A stretch of DNA of 64,000 nucleotides from Asterias rubens (GCF_902459465.1 NC_047063.1:15066001-15130000), one strand, 5' to 3'; counted from the first letter of the stretch, positions 12,258 to 24,867 are shown. Notes: generated by a model not told the origin, from the sequence alone. Numbers and translations are program-made.

Positions 12258-13744
12258 GGGAAATGACCTGATAAAGCGTAACTTTTGATGCTCAACCCAT
12301 CGGTTCCTGAAATAGACTGAACTCTCCCTCAAACCATCTTTATCCAAGTCCTTTGATTCCTCCTCCATGCTCTTATGACTGCATCATTGTTGACAAGGAT
12401 GATGAGGTGCCCCCAAGGGTAGTCCGAGGTAAATTGTGATGACTGACTCTGCGCTAATAGCTAGGGCAGAGAGTCTGGCTCAGCAACTTGTTTGGTGCCA
12501 TACCAGGAGCAGTTATCATGCAGATGTATTCTTGCCCACGAGGAACCATTAGTTTCTTTAGATCTAACCCCGATAGAATATTGTGTTACATTTTGGAGGA
12601 AGTTTTAAGTTTATGGGCAGACACGGTTTTGGGTTAATTGATTGCAGCTCGTTGTACAAGCACTGAGGATATCAAGGGTCTGTTGATTAACAGTCCTAAA
12701 TATTGAGAACCATTTGGTATCGTTAGCAATAATGCCCAATTAAAATAGGTCATCTGCTTTGTACTAGAACTATTTTAGAGGGCCTACATCTCATTTCATC
12801 AAGGAATAAAACAAAAAGAATGTGGGAGGGGTTTGGTTTTACCTATTTGAATAGCCTGATGTATACCCTAGCAGGATCTATCTCGAATCCTGAAGTTAGC
12901 CTTCGTGAATGACTGCTTCAATCCTTTAACTTTTTTTGGGCGCCATGGGCCCTTTTGTTTGGTAAGTCAAGTCCACCAGAAAAACACTATACCACAGTGG
13001 TTCACTATTAATTTTAGGGAAAAGCAAATTCCATTTTTATTACTATAAGTTTAAAAAAAAAACCATACAAAAGTTGGCCTAACCTGTGAGAATTTCACTT
13101 GAAGAAAATGCCATTTCTTTTTATCCTAGGTGACCAATTTGAACAATGTTAAAATGCTCAGCTCAATCGTCTTGCCAGACAGTAAAAAAAAAACACAAAT
13201 CCAGATGGAAATATTAGCAATCTTGGTATTAATACAGATGTTACAAACAACACCTTCAAAGTCAATTTAAAGATTACTTTCAGTTGGAATGATTTTGACC
13301 GAGGGAATATTGTATTAGTAGGAAGAAATATTAGATTACTGATCAAAATACCATTCTCAACGACAGTGTGAACTTAAGCACCTCTTAGAAAGATAGAGCA
13401 GACAAAATCAGCACAAAAATGTGAGCAAACGCAATCACATCACCCTATCTTTATTAGGTATGAAATGTACAGTTATCTTGAGACAGTTATCTTGAGACAG
13501 GGTATGTTGTTTTGGCAGAGTTTGCTTGTTGAGTAAGAGTCGTTTTATTCTCACCGGGTATTCGGGTCTGAACCTGCTCAGGAAAATCCCAATTTAAATT
13601 GTCATATTTAATTTCCGTGGGCAAAAGAACTCTTAGAGACAAGACACATCTAAGAGATACCATTTTCATCATCACAAAGTAGGACAACCATAAGACACTG
13701 GTCAGGCTTTCTCTCTCTCTCTCTTTTTGTAAAGCAATGATTGT

Positions 13745-14010
13745 GTCTGGGTACTTTTTGTAGGACACAAAACACAATGTCCACAGATTTACAATAATCT
13801 TACACAGTTTGAAGATAATAATGGTAGAAAGCTTCCCTAAGAAAAAAATATTACTTTCAATGTTTTACTCATTTCTCAAAAACTGCAGCAACTGAGCAAC
13901 TAATATTTTAAGGTACGCTTTCTACTATCAATTATCTTCAAACGGTGTAAGTTTAATGTAAATCTGTGGACATTGTGTTTTGTGTTACTAAAATTACCCA
14001 AATCCTTTAA
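13745..14010. mobile_element. Kolobok/T2-type MITE family E (long TIR)
   Basis: Inverted arms of about 110 bp (cacaatgtccacagatttaca / tgtaaatctgtggacattgtg); ends cctttaa. Confidence 0.8.
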
Positions 14011-14488
14011 AGCGCCAATAAAGGATGATCTCAATATTTCAACTATTACCTTTTTATGGCCAAATAGACATCGTAGATACCGGTTAATAACCATTTTACT
14101 CTCAAAACTTGCATTTAGTAACGAATAACTTGGGTCAAAAATGCACCCGGTCGCACGGCTTTTTCAGCCGTGAGTCAAAAACAGCTTATCTATTATAATG
14201 ACGTCTTGACGCCAGTGACGATATTCCCCTAGTTGGGTGTGAACACAGTTCTCCAGCTTTGGCAAACTGAGGGCCCTACTTTCCACACCAAATAGCCGCC
14301 ACTGACGTCATGATTCCTTTGTCGTGCAGGTTTGTTTGACCCCGTGTTTTTCAGAAATTTTGCTAGAAGCGTTCTGTGATAAAACCATTTTTACCATGTT
14401 TTAATGCGAGGTAAGAGACTCAGACTCCAGCTTTTAGAAAACTGTAATATCTATATACATTTGAGATCATCCTTTATTGGCTTTTTAA
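14007..14488. mobile_element. TTAA-flanked MITE family F, CpG-rich interior
   Basis: Perfect 20-bp TIR ccaataaaggatgatctcaa / ttgagatcatcctttattgg; TTAA at both ends. Confidence 0.85.
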
Positions 14489-14881
14489 AGACTGAATCAA
14501 AACGGTGTTCCTTGAAAAGTATTTGATTTAGTTTTTACAGTGAATCAGTTGGTTGTGTGCGTTTGACAATGTGTGTCTTAGATCAATGTTTATGTCATTC
14601 TTCACTCAGTGTTAAAGATCAAGATGCAGAAGAATTAGTGTGAGGACAAAATTATAATAGCTTGTTTCTTAATGTTTCCCAAAATGAGGTCAAGAAACAT
14701 TGATCGTTATATGAAGAGATTTAATATTCTGTAAACATATAAATGATACACATGTACCAAACATGTAAATTTTATTTGATGGGTAAGATGATGGCTGCAT
14801 TCCTGTCTTCAAAACAGTATATATTACAATAATTCAAGAACCTATTGATCATAAGAAAAAATTGATGAAACTGCAAAGAAA

Positions 14882-15075
14882 GCTGAGATGAACTTTCATG
14901 AACATTCATGAAGTTCATAAAAGTTCACTTAAAGTTCATTCTTTGAAGGGGTGAACAGTTCATGAACTTGGTTTATAAACTGCAGTGATGAACATGTTAC
15001 GCACGGTTGATGCATGTTCATGGTCTGAACATGAACATTCTTGAAATTTCAAAAAGTCATGAACTTCATCTCGCC
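14882..15075. mobile_element. Degenerate MITE built from TCATGA/GTTCATGAAC motifs
   Basis: gctgagatgaactttcatga / tcatgaacttcatctcgcc. Confidence 0.6.
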
Positions 15076-15724
15076 TGGGACATCTAACAAGCCAAACATA
15101 TTCTGATTGAAGTAATATTGTTACATCAGGTATTTAAAAAAAAAATACCTACTTTTAATAATTATTTCAGGGCCATGTTTAAATATTTTGTCTGTTTGTT
15201 TGTCAACCTCATTTAGTGATTTCCTTCTGTTATGGTCTGCTTTTCTTGGGGACTAAACCCAGCTAAGACTCATTTATACTACAGAAAGACTTAACTGTTT
15301 TATTTCACTTTACATAGGAACATCTTGAGTTCTTTGTTGAATCTTCTGTAACCGATGCTTTGTAACCTCGGGAAAAAGGCGCCTCACATAAATGCTGTAA
15401 AAGTAAGTAAGTAAGCTATTGTTGATGTTTTGAAAATATTTCTGGTGGAAATATTAATTGAATATATTATTTTGCATGTGAATTTGTTAAATAATTAGAA
15501 AGGAAAAAAAAACAACAATATCAGTAAATCCACTTCTGGAGTGAATACTGCCCTCTAGTGCTTAGTGTAGTTGTGACTGATACAGATTTGATTCCTTTCG
15601 AAAAATTGTGTGAAATGTCATCACAAGCTATAAAAGTTCCCCATCTGTTTCTCAGAGATAGATCTTAAGATAATTAAAGAAATGTCCTCTTTCATTTGCA
15701 AAGTACTTTTGCAAATATCATCAA

Positions 15725-16010
15725 AGGCTCCGGTGTTGGAAACCTTAAAAGGTGTTCATTAATAAAACATGAACATTGGAACAACCATAATATTAGGCTC
15801 CTAGTTGAAAACCATAAATTGTGTTCATTAATAAAACATGGAAAGTGGAATAACTATAGAAATAGGTTCCTAGTTGAAAATCATTAAAAAAAATGTGCTC
15901 ATTAATAAAACATGAAAATTGGAACAACCATCATAATAGGCTCCTAGTTGAAAATCGTAAAATGTGTTCATTAATAAAACATGAAAAGTGGGATAACCAT
16001 AAAATTGGCC
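15725..16010. repeat. ~70-bp tandem repeat, about 4 units, alternating
   Basis: gtg(t/c)tcattaataaaacatg at 15752, 15821, 15895 and 15964 (periods 69, 74, 69). Confidence 0.9.
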
Positions 16011-16414
16011 TAGCGTTAACTAGTAAGTTATAATGCCTTTGTAGTCTTCCGACAGAAAGTTTTAAAGTATTTTTTATATTTTAGATCATCGTTTGGTCAA
16101 AGAACAACCTTTCAATCAACAGATCTGACATACCCACGATAAAAATGCTTTTTAATCCGTAACAACCAGGGAAGAAACCATGGTCTTGAGGCTGGTTCCA
16201 AATGGCTGGTTTAAGAGGATTACATACATGGTGTATTTAATGACACAACTGTCAACAGTTAGGTATCCCAAGTACACATTCAGAAGAGATTATTGGTAAT
16301 TATGGTGTTTATGAGTGGTTGGATGATAATAACACTTGCTAAAAGCTGACAGGACAATGTACTTTGAAGTACTAATTGACCATGAAGGAAGCATGGAGGA
16401 AAGAACACTGTGTG

Positions 16415-17214
16415 TGAGGAGGAACCATTTGATTGGACGCTTGGACTGAGCATGAATATTCACCAGGCCCAATGAGGTTTGAAATGAGGATGAATATTCA
16501 GTAGGCCCAATGAGGCTTGGATTGAGCATGAATATTCAGTAGGCCCAATGAGGTTTGGAATGAGGATGAATATTCAGTAGGCCCAATGAGGCTTGGATTG
16601 AGCATGAATATTCAGTAGGCCCAATGAGGTTTGGAATGAGGATGAATATTCAGTAGGCCCAATGAGGCTTGGATTGAGCATGAATATTCAGTAGGCCCAA
16701 TGAGGTTTGGAATGAGGATGAATATTCAGTAGGCCCAATGAGGCTTGGATTGAGCATGAATATTCAGTAGGCCCAATGAGGTTTGGAATGAGGATGAATA
16801 TTCAGTAGGCCCAATGAGGCTTGGATTGAGCATGAATATTCAGTAGGCCCAATGAGGTTTGGAATGAGGATGAATATTCAGTAGGCCCAATGAGGCTTGG
16901 ATTGAGCATGAATATTCAGTAGGCCCAATGAGGTTTGGAATGAGGATGAATATTCAGTAGGCCCAATGAGGCTTGGATTGAGCATGAATATTCAGTAGGC
17001 CCAATGAGGTTTGGAATGAGGATGAATATTCAGTAGGCCCAATGAGGCTTGGATTAAGCGTGAATATTCAGTAGGCCCAATGAGGCTCAGAATGAGGATG
17101 AATATTCAGTAGGCCCAATGAGGCTCAGATTAAGCATGAATATTCAGTAGGCCCAATGAGGAGGAACCACTTGATTGGATGCTTGGATTGAGCATAAATA
17201 TTCAGTAGGCCCAA
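16415..17214. repeat. 38-bp minisatellite with a 76-bp A/B higher-order repeat
   Basis: Monomers TGAATATTCAGTAGGCCCAATGAGG[CTTGGATTGAGCA or TTTGGAATGAGGA], 18 full units starting at 16453, with strict alternation in the centre. Confidence 0.97.
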
Positions 17215-18115
17215 AAAACAAAACCTTTTTGTGAATCAATGTTAGGATGGCAAACAATTTTCTTAATGTCTTTGTAAGTTTACTCTCTGTTCCTTCATAA
17301 AATTCCAGTCTCTGTCTTTTCCCCCAAACACCCATGTAAATATATATAAGGCCTCTGTTTCCTGAAAAAAAAATTAAGTACATTACAAAGCAGAATTTCA
17401 CCTTGAATCCCCTTAAGAACAAAAACTTAACCCAGAATAATATGCTTCATGTATCTGAGCCATCAACTAGGTCAAAATAACCATGTTATATTTGTCTTAG
17501 TCAATAGCCCATTGTCATAGAGCTATTTACCACAGATTTATACAGAACATTTCTCTATGCACAGCATAAATTCCAAGTCAAGCAGTACTATGGGTGTTGA
17601 TAATCTTCTATAACCAAAGATCAATAAAACAATAGGCAGCATAAAGTGGTCACCCTACTTTTCTATAAAAGAATAAATAACTGGACACCTGTTTATGTTG
17701 GAACACAATCTAAAGCAAAACAAAACTGTTTAAATGAAGTAAAGTAAAAAAAAAAAAAAAAATTAAATTAACCCAAAAACATAAAATGGAAAACAAGAAA
17801 CAAAATTGCAAATGATGATTTTATTAATAAACAACACATATGAATATTTGTGTGGGTCAGTGAGTACATAAATATGCAGGTATACAGCCCTACGTTACTT
17901 TCCTCCCATTTCATATTTATTTATTTTTTATATAGGCCTACAGTTATAATGTTTTTTATTCCAAAAACCACTGACATAATTCACCTTAAGAATTTGATTT
18001 TTCACAGTTACACAATTGTATAAATGACTTGTACACAAAGAAAGTGCTTTACATGCAGAATGTTAGGATAAGTAGCCAGGTGTAACACAACCCTTACCAT
18101 TGCTAAATTACTCAC

Positions 18116-18431
18116 TTAAAGAAAGCAGACACTATTGGTAATTGTCATGACTAGTCTTCACAGTTGGTGTACCTCAACATATGCATAAAATAACAAACCT
18201 GTGAAAAATTTGAGCTCAATCAAGTTGTGTGCTTTCTGATGCTTGATTTCGAGACCTCAAATTCTAAACTTGAGGTCTCGAAATCAAATTCGATGAAAAC
18301 TACGTCACTTCATAGGGAGCCGTTTCTCACAATGTTTTATACTATCAACCTCTCCCCATTGCTCGTAATCAAGAAAGGTTTTATGCTAATCATTATTTTG
18401 AGTAGTTACCAATAGTGTCCACTGCCTTTAA
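18116..18431 (+). mobile_element. MITE family B
   Basis: TTAA ends; colinear with 34593-34983 apart from a deletion. Confidence 0.88.
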
Positions 18432-18805
18432 AATCCTCTCTAATGTTAGGTCCTGTGTACGTGCCTATGCTCTATAGCAAATTAAGTCTGCACCATACCT
18501 TACCTGGCAGTCTAAGATAAATGATTGCAATATTCTGTAATTAATTACGTGATTGCCAGGGATAATGAGATATCATTAATAACATGTACTCTACTGAAGA
18601 CATATTATACTGCATTGTGTATAGCATTGTCAACAATAAGCAGATAGACTTGAGTAATTACAAGGCAGCTACCGAGCACAATTCAGTTGATGAGTTTTTG
18701 TCTCCAGATTTTCCAGATGGCTAAAGAAGGGCAGAATTTTGTCATAAACAGAGCCATGAAATTGGGCCCTGGGTTGTGAAACAATACAATTTGTTGTCAT
18801 AGTGT

Positions 18806-19081
18806 TTAAAGGGAAGGGACACATTTGGTAATTACTCAAAACAAACATTAACTTAAAAACTGACTTCGTAACAACATTTACAGCTCCATGGTAACAAGTA
18901 TAAAACATTGTGAGAAACGGCTCCCTCTGAAGTAATGTAGTTTTTGAGAAAGAGGTAGCTAGCTAGAAGTCTTTTATTCCTATCTGCAAGCACACAAATT
19001 CGTTGATTTATGGTTATGATGGGGTACACCAAGTGAGAACACTGGTCTTTGACAATTACCAAACGTGTACAGTGTCTTTAA
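18806..19081 (-). mobile_element. MITE family B variant, inverted
   Basis: TTAA ends; reverse complement matches 55983-56358. Confidence 0.85.
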
Positions 19082-19744
19082 AGCAATTTCATAGTCGCAC
19101 CTTTTCGCCAAAACACACAAACAATTGAATTTTTCCCAATTCTTCTCAAAAACTATTATATCCTACATCTCAGGATTTAGTACGTTCCATAATAATCAAT
19201 TTTTGTAGTTCATTGAGGTGACTCGTCATTTTCATTTACGTGACAATGTACAGGACGATGGATACAATCCATACATACAAATGAACTAGCACAAAACATT
19301 TTCCCCAATTCTCTCATTCGCCCACCTTTCTACGAACTAATGTGATTAAACCGTCTGACATTTCCATTCATTTGCATCAAATTTGTGAAAAAGAAAGAAA
19401 AGCATGCCAACAAAAGACCTAAAGCGATGCGCACAGGTCACTCTGGTTTCTTTACAATTCACAAGGGAAACATCAACACAAAGCTGTCTCTGACAGAAAT
19501 TAAGCCCAATATTGCACGAGAATAAGGCAAACTCCCCTGGGTCATGAATGAAGACAAGTCCCATGGGCCGTGGTGAAGATGAAAACGCTTGCATTTCACG
19601 ATGAAAAATCATCAATTCATGGAGGTACTAGTGTTTTTATAAAGGTTAAGTTGGATTAAAATAGTGCTTGGGCACTGGGGTGCATTTATACCAGAAATAA
19701 TGAAGAGTATTGTTTATATCAGTCTCCATATTAAGTCCTTAAAT

Positions 19745-19868
19745 GAGGCCGTGTCCGAATTGGCGACTTCGGCTACAGCTACGGCTAGGGCGCGCGCGTC
19801 TTAAACACTGATAGACGCGCTGATCTAGCCGTAGCTGTAGCCAAAGTCACCAATTCAGACACGACCTC
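19745..19868. mobile_element. Short palindromic MITE (PIF/Harbinger-like ends)
   Basis: gaggccgtgtccgaattggcgacttcggctacagctacggctag / ctagccgtagctgtagccaaagtcaccaattcagacacgacctc. Confidence 0.8.
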
Positions 19869-20015
19869 AGTCTCTCTGTAGAATTTACTTTACTTAATGG
19901 GAGTAATTTAAAGTTTTTCCATTTTTTTCTATAGAACTCAAACAAAACTTTGTGCAAAACAGTTTTGACTGTCTTGTAAATTTTAACTTGTGAACTAATT
20001 GCATCCGGATATAGA

Positions 20016-20289
20016 TAAGCTTGGGCGATATTGATTTATTCTATAAACTCCCAGTGAAAAGTGGAGAAGAGACAGTCATAGCATAACAGAGGTGTTCTAA
20101 TGACCTATTCTTCTGGTTTTACTCCAAACCTATTGGGTGCAGGATGTTTTAGCTAGGAAACACATCGCAATACTTAATCAATATCCAGATATATTGATAT
20201 TTCGATTAAAACCAAATCGATCCGATATCGAAATTGTTTCCAAATTAGTATCGCGATATTTAATAATATGGTGGTACCTCCCAAGCTTA
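20016..20289. mobile_element. Non-autonomous hAT-type element with intact 8-bp TSD
   Basis: TIR taagcttggg / cccaagctta flanked by the direct repeat GATATAGA (20008-20015 and 20290-20297). Confidence 0.85.
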
Positions 20290-21299
20290 GATATAGACTG
20301 TTTTTTTTTTATAAATACCAGGGCTTGATTTGATTACACTGGACTGCACTGGCCAGTGATTTTATTTCATTTGGCCAGTAAACTTGTAACTAGACAAGAC
20401 TGGCTGCCTATAACACAGTTGAATGACTGCTAAATAATGATAATAATAATAATAATAGCAGGATTTTTCCCTGATTTTGAATCTGAAATATAAGGAATTA
20501 TTAAAACAATGAACTTGTAGTTTGTCTGTCTAGGCTGTCTTCAACAAGCCTGGCTTAAATAATCTGACAGCCTCATAAACGCTCTTTATTTTGGTATACA
20601 TAGATTAACTCTTGTCTCTCCATATTCTGTGTGTATTATTTTACTTATCTGTAATATTTGTTTCTATGTGATTTAATCTTGAGAAAAGTAGTAATGAATT
20701 AAATGTTGAGTTGAATTGAATAGACCAAATACATAACATCTATAAGAAATTCATAAGCAAAAAACAAACTTGAGAATCCATGGCGTGACCAAGTTATGAA
20801 GTAGTCTTAATTCAAGGGGCCTTTCTATTAGAAACAAATATCCATGGGCTTCATACAGTGGTGTGAATAACATAACCAAAGTAGAACCCTTTATTACTTC
20901 TTTGAAGTACAGGCGCTGAATACTGTTCTCTGTGTCACTGCGTGCCTTCCATGGCTGCGAAATTATGCACCATGGGGATACGCTTACATCCCCCGGAAAA
21001 ATTCATACTTTATTGTGCGGTGCTGATGGGTGAATTCATGCACAATCAATATCATGTAGCCGTTCACACAATTAACACCCATACCCCCAATACACGCTTT
21101 CTACAACCATGATAGGAGTTCAACATCCACTGGCGCACTCATTTAATGATTCTGTTTTAGGTGGAGGTAAAAGAGTGACTATCTTTATTTGTTTCCATCG
21201 TGTTTTCTCGTCTGCATCAGAACGAAGCATACTGCCTTACTTCACAACCGTTATTATGCACCTCACATAATTTGGAGTGAATTTGCCCCCTCGTACTCT

Positions 21300-23010
21300 C
21301 GTACTAAAACAACACCTTGCATCAGTTGCCAATGCCTAATGTTAGAGTCGTGAATGAGGAGAATATGGTAGTAAGTCAATGTATGAGGCAATACTACCTA
21401 GAATATGGTACTACAGCACCTTGCATCAGTAGCCACTGCTTAAAGGAACACGTTGCCTTGGATCGGTCGAGTTGGTCTTTGAAAAGCGTCCTGTAACCAT
21501 TTGTTATAAAATCGATATGGTTAGAAAGATGTTTTAAAAGTAGAATATAATGATCCACACAAGTATCACTCAAAATTGCACGGTTTTCGTTTTACCTCGT
21601 CGACAATCACGGTCGGCCATTTATGGGAGTCAAAACTTTGACTCCCATAAATGGCCGACCGTGTTAGTTCGCGACGTAAAATGAAAACCGTTCAATTTTG
21701 AGTGATACTTGTGTGGATCATTATATTCTACTTTTATAACATCTTTCTAACCATATGTATTTCATAACAAACTGTTTCAAACGCCTTTCATAGACCAACT
21801 CGTCCGATCCAAGGCAACGTGTTCCTTTAATATAAGTGTCATGAATGAGGAGAATATAGTAGTTACTCATGTATGGGGCGATACTTTGTACTAACTCAAT
21901 GCAATAGGACAATAGTACTAACTCAATAAAGGAGGACAATACTAACTAAATTTTAGAATATGGTATTATAACACCTTGCATCAGTAGCCACTGCTTCATA
22001 TTAGTGTCTTGAATGAGAAGATAGTAGTAACTCATGTATGGGGCGATACTTTGTACTAACTCAATGCAACAGAACAATAGTACTAACTCAATAAACAATA
22101 GTACTAACTCAATAAAGGAGGACAATACTAACTAAATTTTAGAATATGGTATTATAACACCTTGCATCAGTAGCCACTGCTTCATATTAGTGTCTTGAAT
22201 GAGAAGATAGTAGTACATGTAACTCATGTATGGGGCGATACTTTGCAATAAAACAATAGTACTAACTCAATAAACAATAGTACTAACTCAATAAAGGAGG
22301 ACAATACTAACTAAATTTTAGAATATGGTACTACAACACCTTGCATCAGTAGCCACTGCTTCATATTAGTCTTGAATGACGACAAAAATGTCGAGAAAAT
22401 ACTAACTAGCAACTCCATGAATGATGGCATTACTCACTAGAACATGGTACTAACTCAACTAGAATATTATTCATTGAATGGGGACAATACTCACTAGAAT
22501 AAGGTACTAAAACAACACCTCGCATCAGTAGCCAATATTTTAGTATCTTGAGTGTCGAGAATATGGTAGTAACTTAATGTATCAAGAAAATACTAACTAG
22601 CAACTCCATGAATGATGGCATTACTCACTAGAACATGGTACTAACTCAACTAGAATATTATTCATTGAATGGGGACAATACTCACTAGAATAAGGTACTA
22701 AAACAACACCTCGCATCAGTAGCCAATTTGTTAGTGTCTTGAGTGAGGAGAATATGGTAGTAACTTAATGTATCAAGAAAATACTAACTTGCAACTCCAT
22801 GAATGATGGCATTACTCACTAGAACATGGTACTAACTCAATGAGGGCAATACTAGATTATTATTCATTGAATGGGGACAATACTCACTAGAATAAGGTAC
22901 TAAACTCAATGAATTGAGAGGATGCTAACTAGACTATGGTACTAACTCAATGTTTGAGGACGACCGGACTAAAATATGGTACTCAACAAGGACAATACTA
23001 AATACTCCAT
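21300..23010. repeat. Degenerate ~180-190-bp satellite built from TACTAACTCAAT-type subrepeats
   Basis: cacct(t/c)gcatcagtagcca recurs at about 21313, 21417, 21972, 22158, 22337, 22516 and 22706. Confidence 0.9.
21440..21830. mobile_element. MITE family A, full length, inserted into a satellite
   Basis: TTAA...TTAA with perfect TIRs; the flanks rejoin into one satellite unit. Confidence 0.92.
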
Positions 23011-24327
23011 GTATAGGGCCTAATAATTAGCATTTTGCTCATCCCACAAATTAGCTACTGTTATATAAATAATCCAAATAAGTATTTTCCAAAACTGTGG
23101 GGCATTCTGGATTTTTTGGGGGCAAGTTATGCCAGTGACTTGAGCATTAGGCACGGCTTCCAGGTCCAAGGCCAGTGATTTTAGCTTCAGGCCTTAACTA
23201 AGGCTAGTGATTTTTATATAGAAGTCCTTTATGGACAATTATAGGACGTTTTGGCTTCTTAAAAGCGTCATTCAAAAGAATCTTTCCCGGCCTGGTTATC
23301 CAACGAGGCAAGGTCAAGTCACGTCGGACAAGGTTAGTGTCTACAATGTTGCCACAATTGTTATCAGAATTTTGAAGAATTTTCAGAGTATGGGGTGGAC
23401 AAATTTTCTGTGTCTTTTTGGGCATTGATAGCGAACAAGATTATAAACTACAAGGATCTATGTGTGAGTTGTATAAAACTAATATGGAATGCGTTTCATT
23501 CATGCATAGTTGCATACAACATATTCACTCAGAAAAATATGGCTTTTCTGTATGTCACAGCTTTTCCAATGGAGTCCATTCTTCACCTTGTGATGCAACC
23601 TGCAACAATGCACTCATCAGCCAATATTTGAATAAAACTACAATAAAAATGACCTGCTGCAATATATGGACGTCACATCTCTCTGTTGGTTTATTATTCC
23701 CATAAAACTTTCCGTCCCTCTCATGATTGACAGATTTTTAAGCTGGTAGTTCAAATACTCAACACGATTCTGTAAATAATTAATACTTTTAATTGTGTGG
23801 TTTTTTTTTTTCTTTCTAGTTAATTATTTAAAAAAAAATCTTTCTAGTTAGTTATTTACAATTTTTTTCAATAAAACCACGTTTTAGTTCTGTCTAATTT
23901 ACATTGAGTTTTTTCAGGCTAAAAACTTGTGTACTGGTATTTCATTTTTATAAAAAGAAAAACAATCGTGAATGACATGACATTTCTACCTAGCAAAATA
24001 TTCCTGAAAGGCAAAATGACAATGATAGTGTCCCAAACAGCAGTAAAGTAGACATATTTTACAATGCGTTTGTCTGTATGTGTAGGCATGTTGTGTTGTC
24101 ATTTTTCACAATTTTTTTGAGAGACTGCTATTACACCGCAATGCCCAATGACCATTTTAAGATGAAGGCTACAAAACTGATTTGGGGTATCGACCCAAAT
24201 CAACTGTATCCAGGGGCACATTGCAGATCACTTGCTCCTGTGTCTGAAACAGGGTTACCCCTTCACAGTCCGTAAAGATGTACCTAGGCATAGGTATCAT
24301 CCAGTATTAGAGCAGAATGTTGACAGT

Positions 24328-24828
24328 ATACAAATATTGACTGCTTCGAGCTATGGTTAAAACTATGACTCCCGAGGTGATCCCCGGAGCGTTCTATTTT
24401 CCCGAGGAGAAGCCGAGGGAAAATAGAATGCTCCGGGGATCAGCGAGGGAGTCATAGTTTAAACCATTGCACGAGCAAAAGCAGTCAATATTTGTTTTAT
24501 AACACCCAAAACATTTCTAAATACTGTACTATTAAGTTACAGACCTGAATGCTACCATCAACGGACGACGCGAATACAGATTGCGAAAACTTTTACTGTG
24601 CTGCATGTAGTGTCATGTAATCCGAAATGGTTAATACAGACTATTAATTTATCATCCTCGTACATGCAACGGACGTCTGGGTACTGCAGGCCGTGTGATA
24701 GTCTTCGGACTAGCGCACGGCAAACCGATGCACTATCACACCGCCGTCGTCTAGTAAAACAAAGACATATCATGTGACGCGCTCTAAACCAATGAAAAGG
24801 CAGAATATTGGTAAGGGGTGTTATAAAA
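24328..24828. mobile_element. Non-autonomous element with a ~165-bp perfect-style hairpin and a second inverted pair (Crypton-like architecture, tentative)
   Basis: acaaatattgactgc...cccgaggagaagccgaggg...gcagtcaatatttgt hairpin; ttttataacaccc (24493) / gggtgttataaaa (24816-24828). Confidence 0.65.
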
Positions 24829-24867
24829 TGCACTAATAGCTTCCCAACTTTTCTGAAGCAATTATGG

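Noticed and set aside
16415-17214. CRISPR-like array
   Set aside because: The repeats are contiguous with no unique spacers, there are no cas genes, and the context is eukaryotic.
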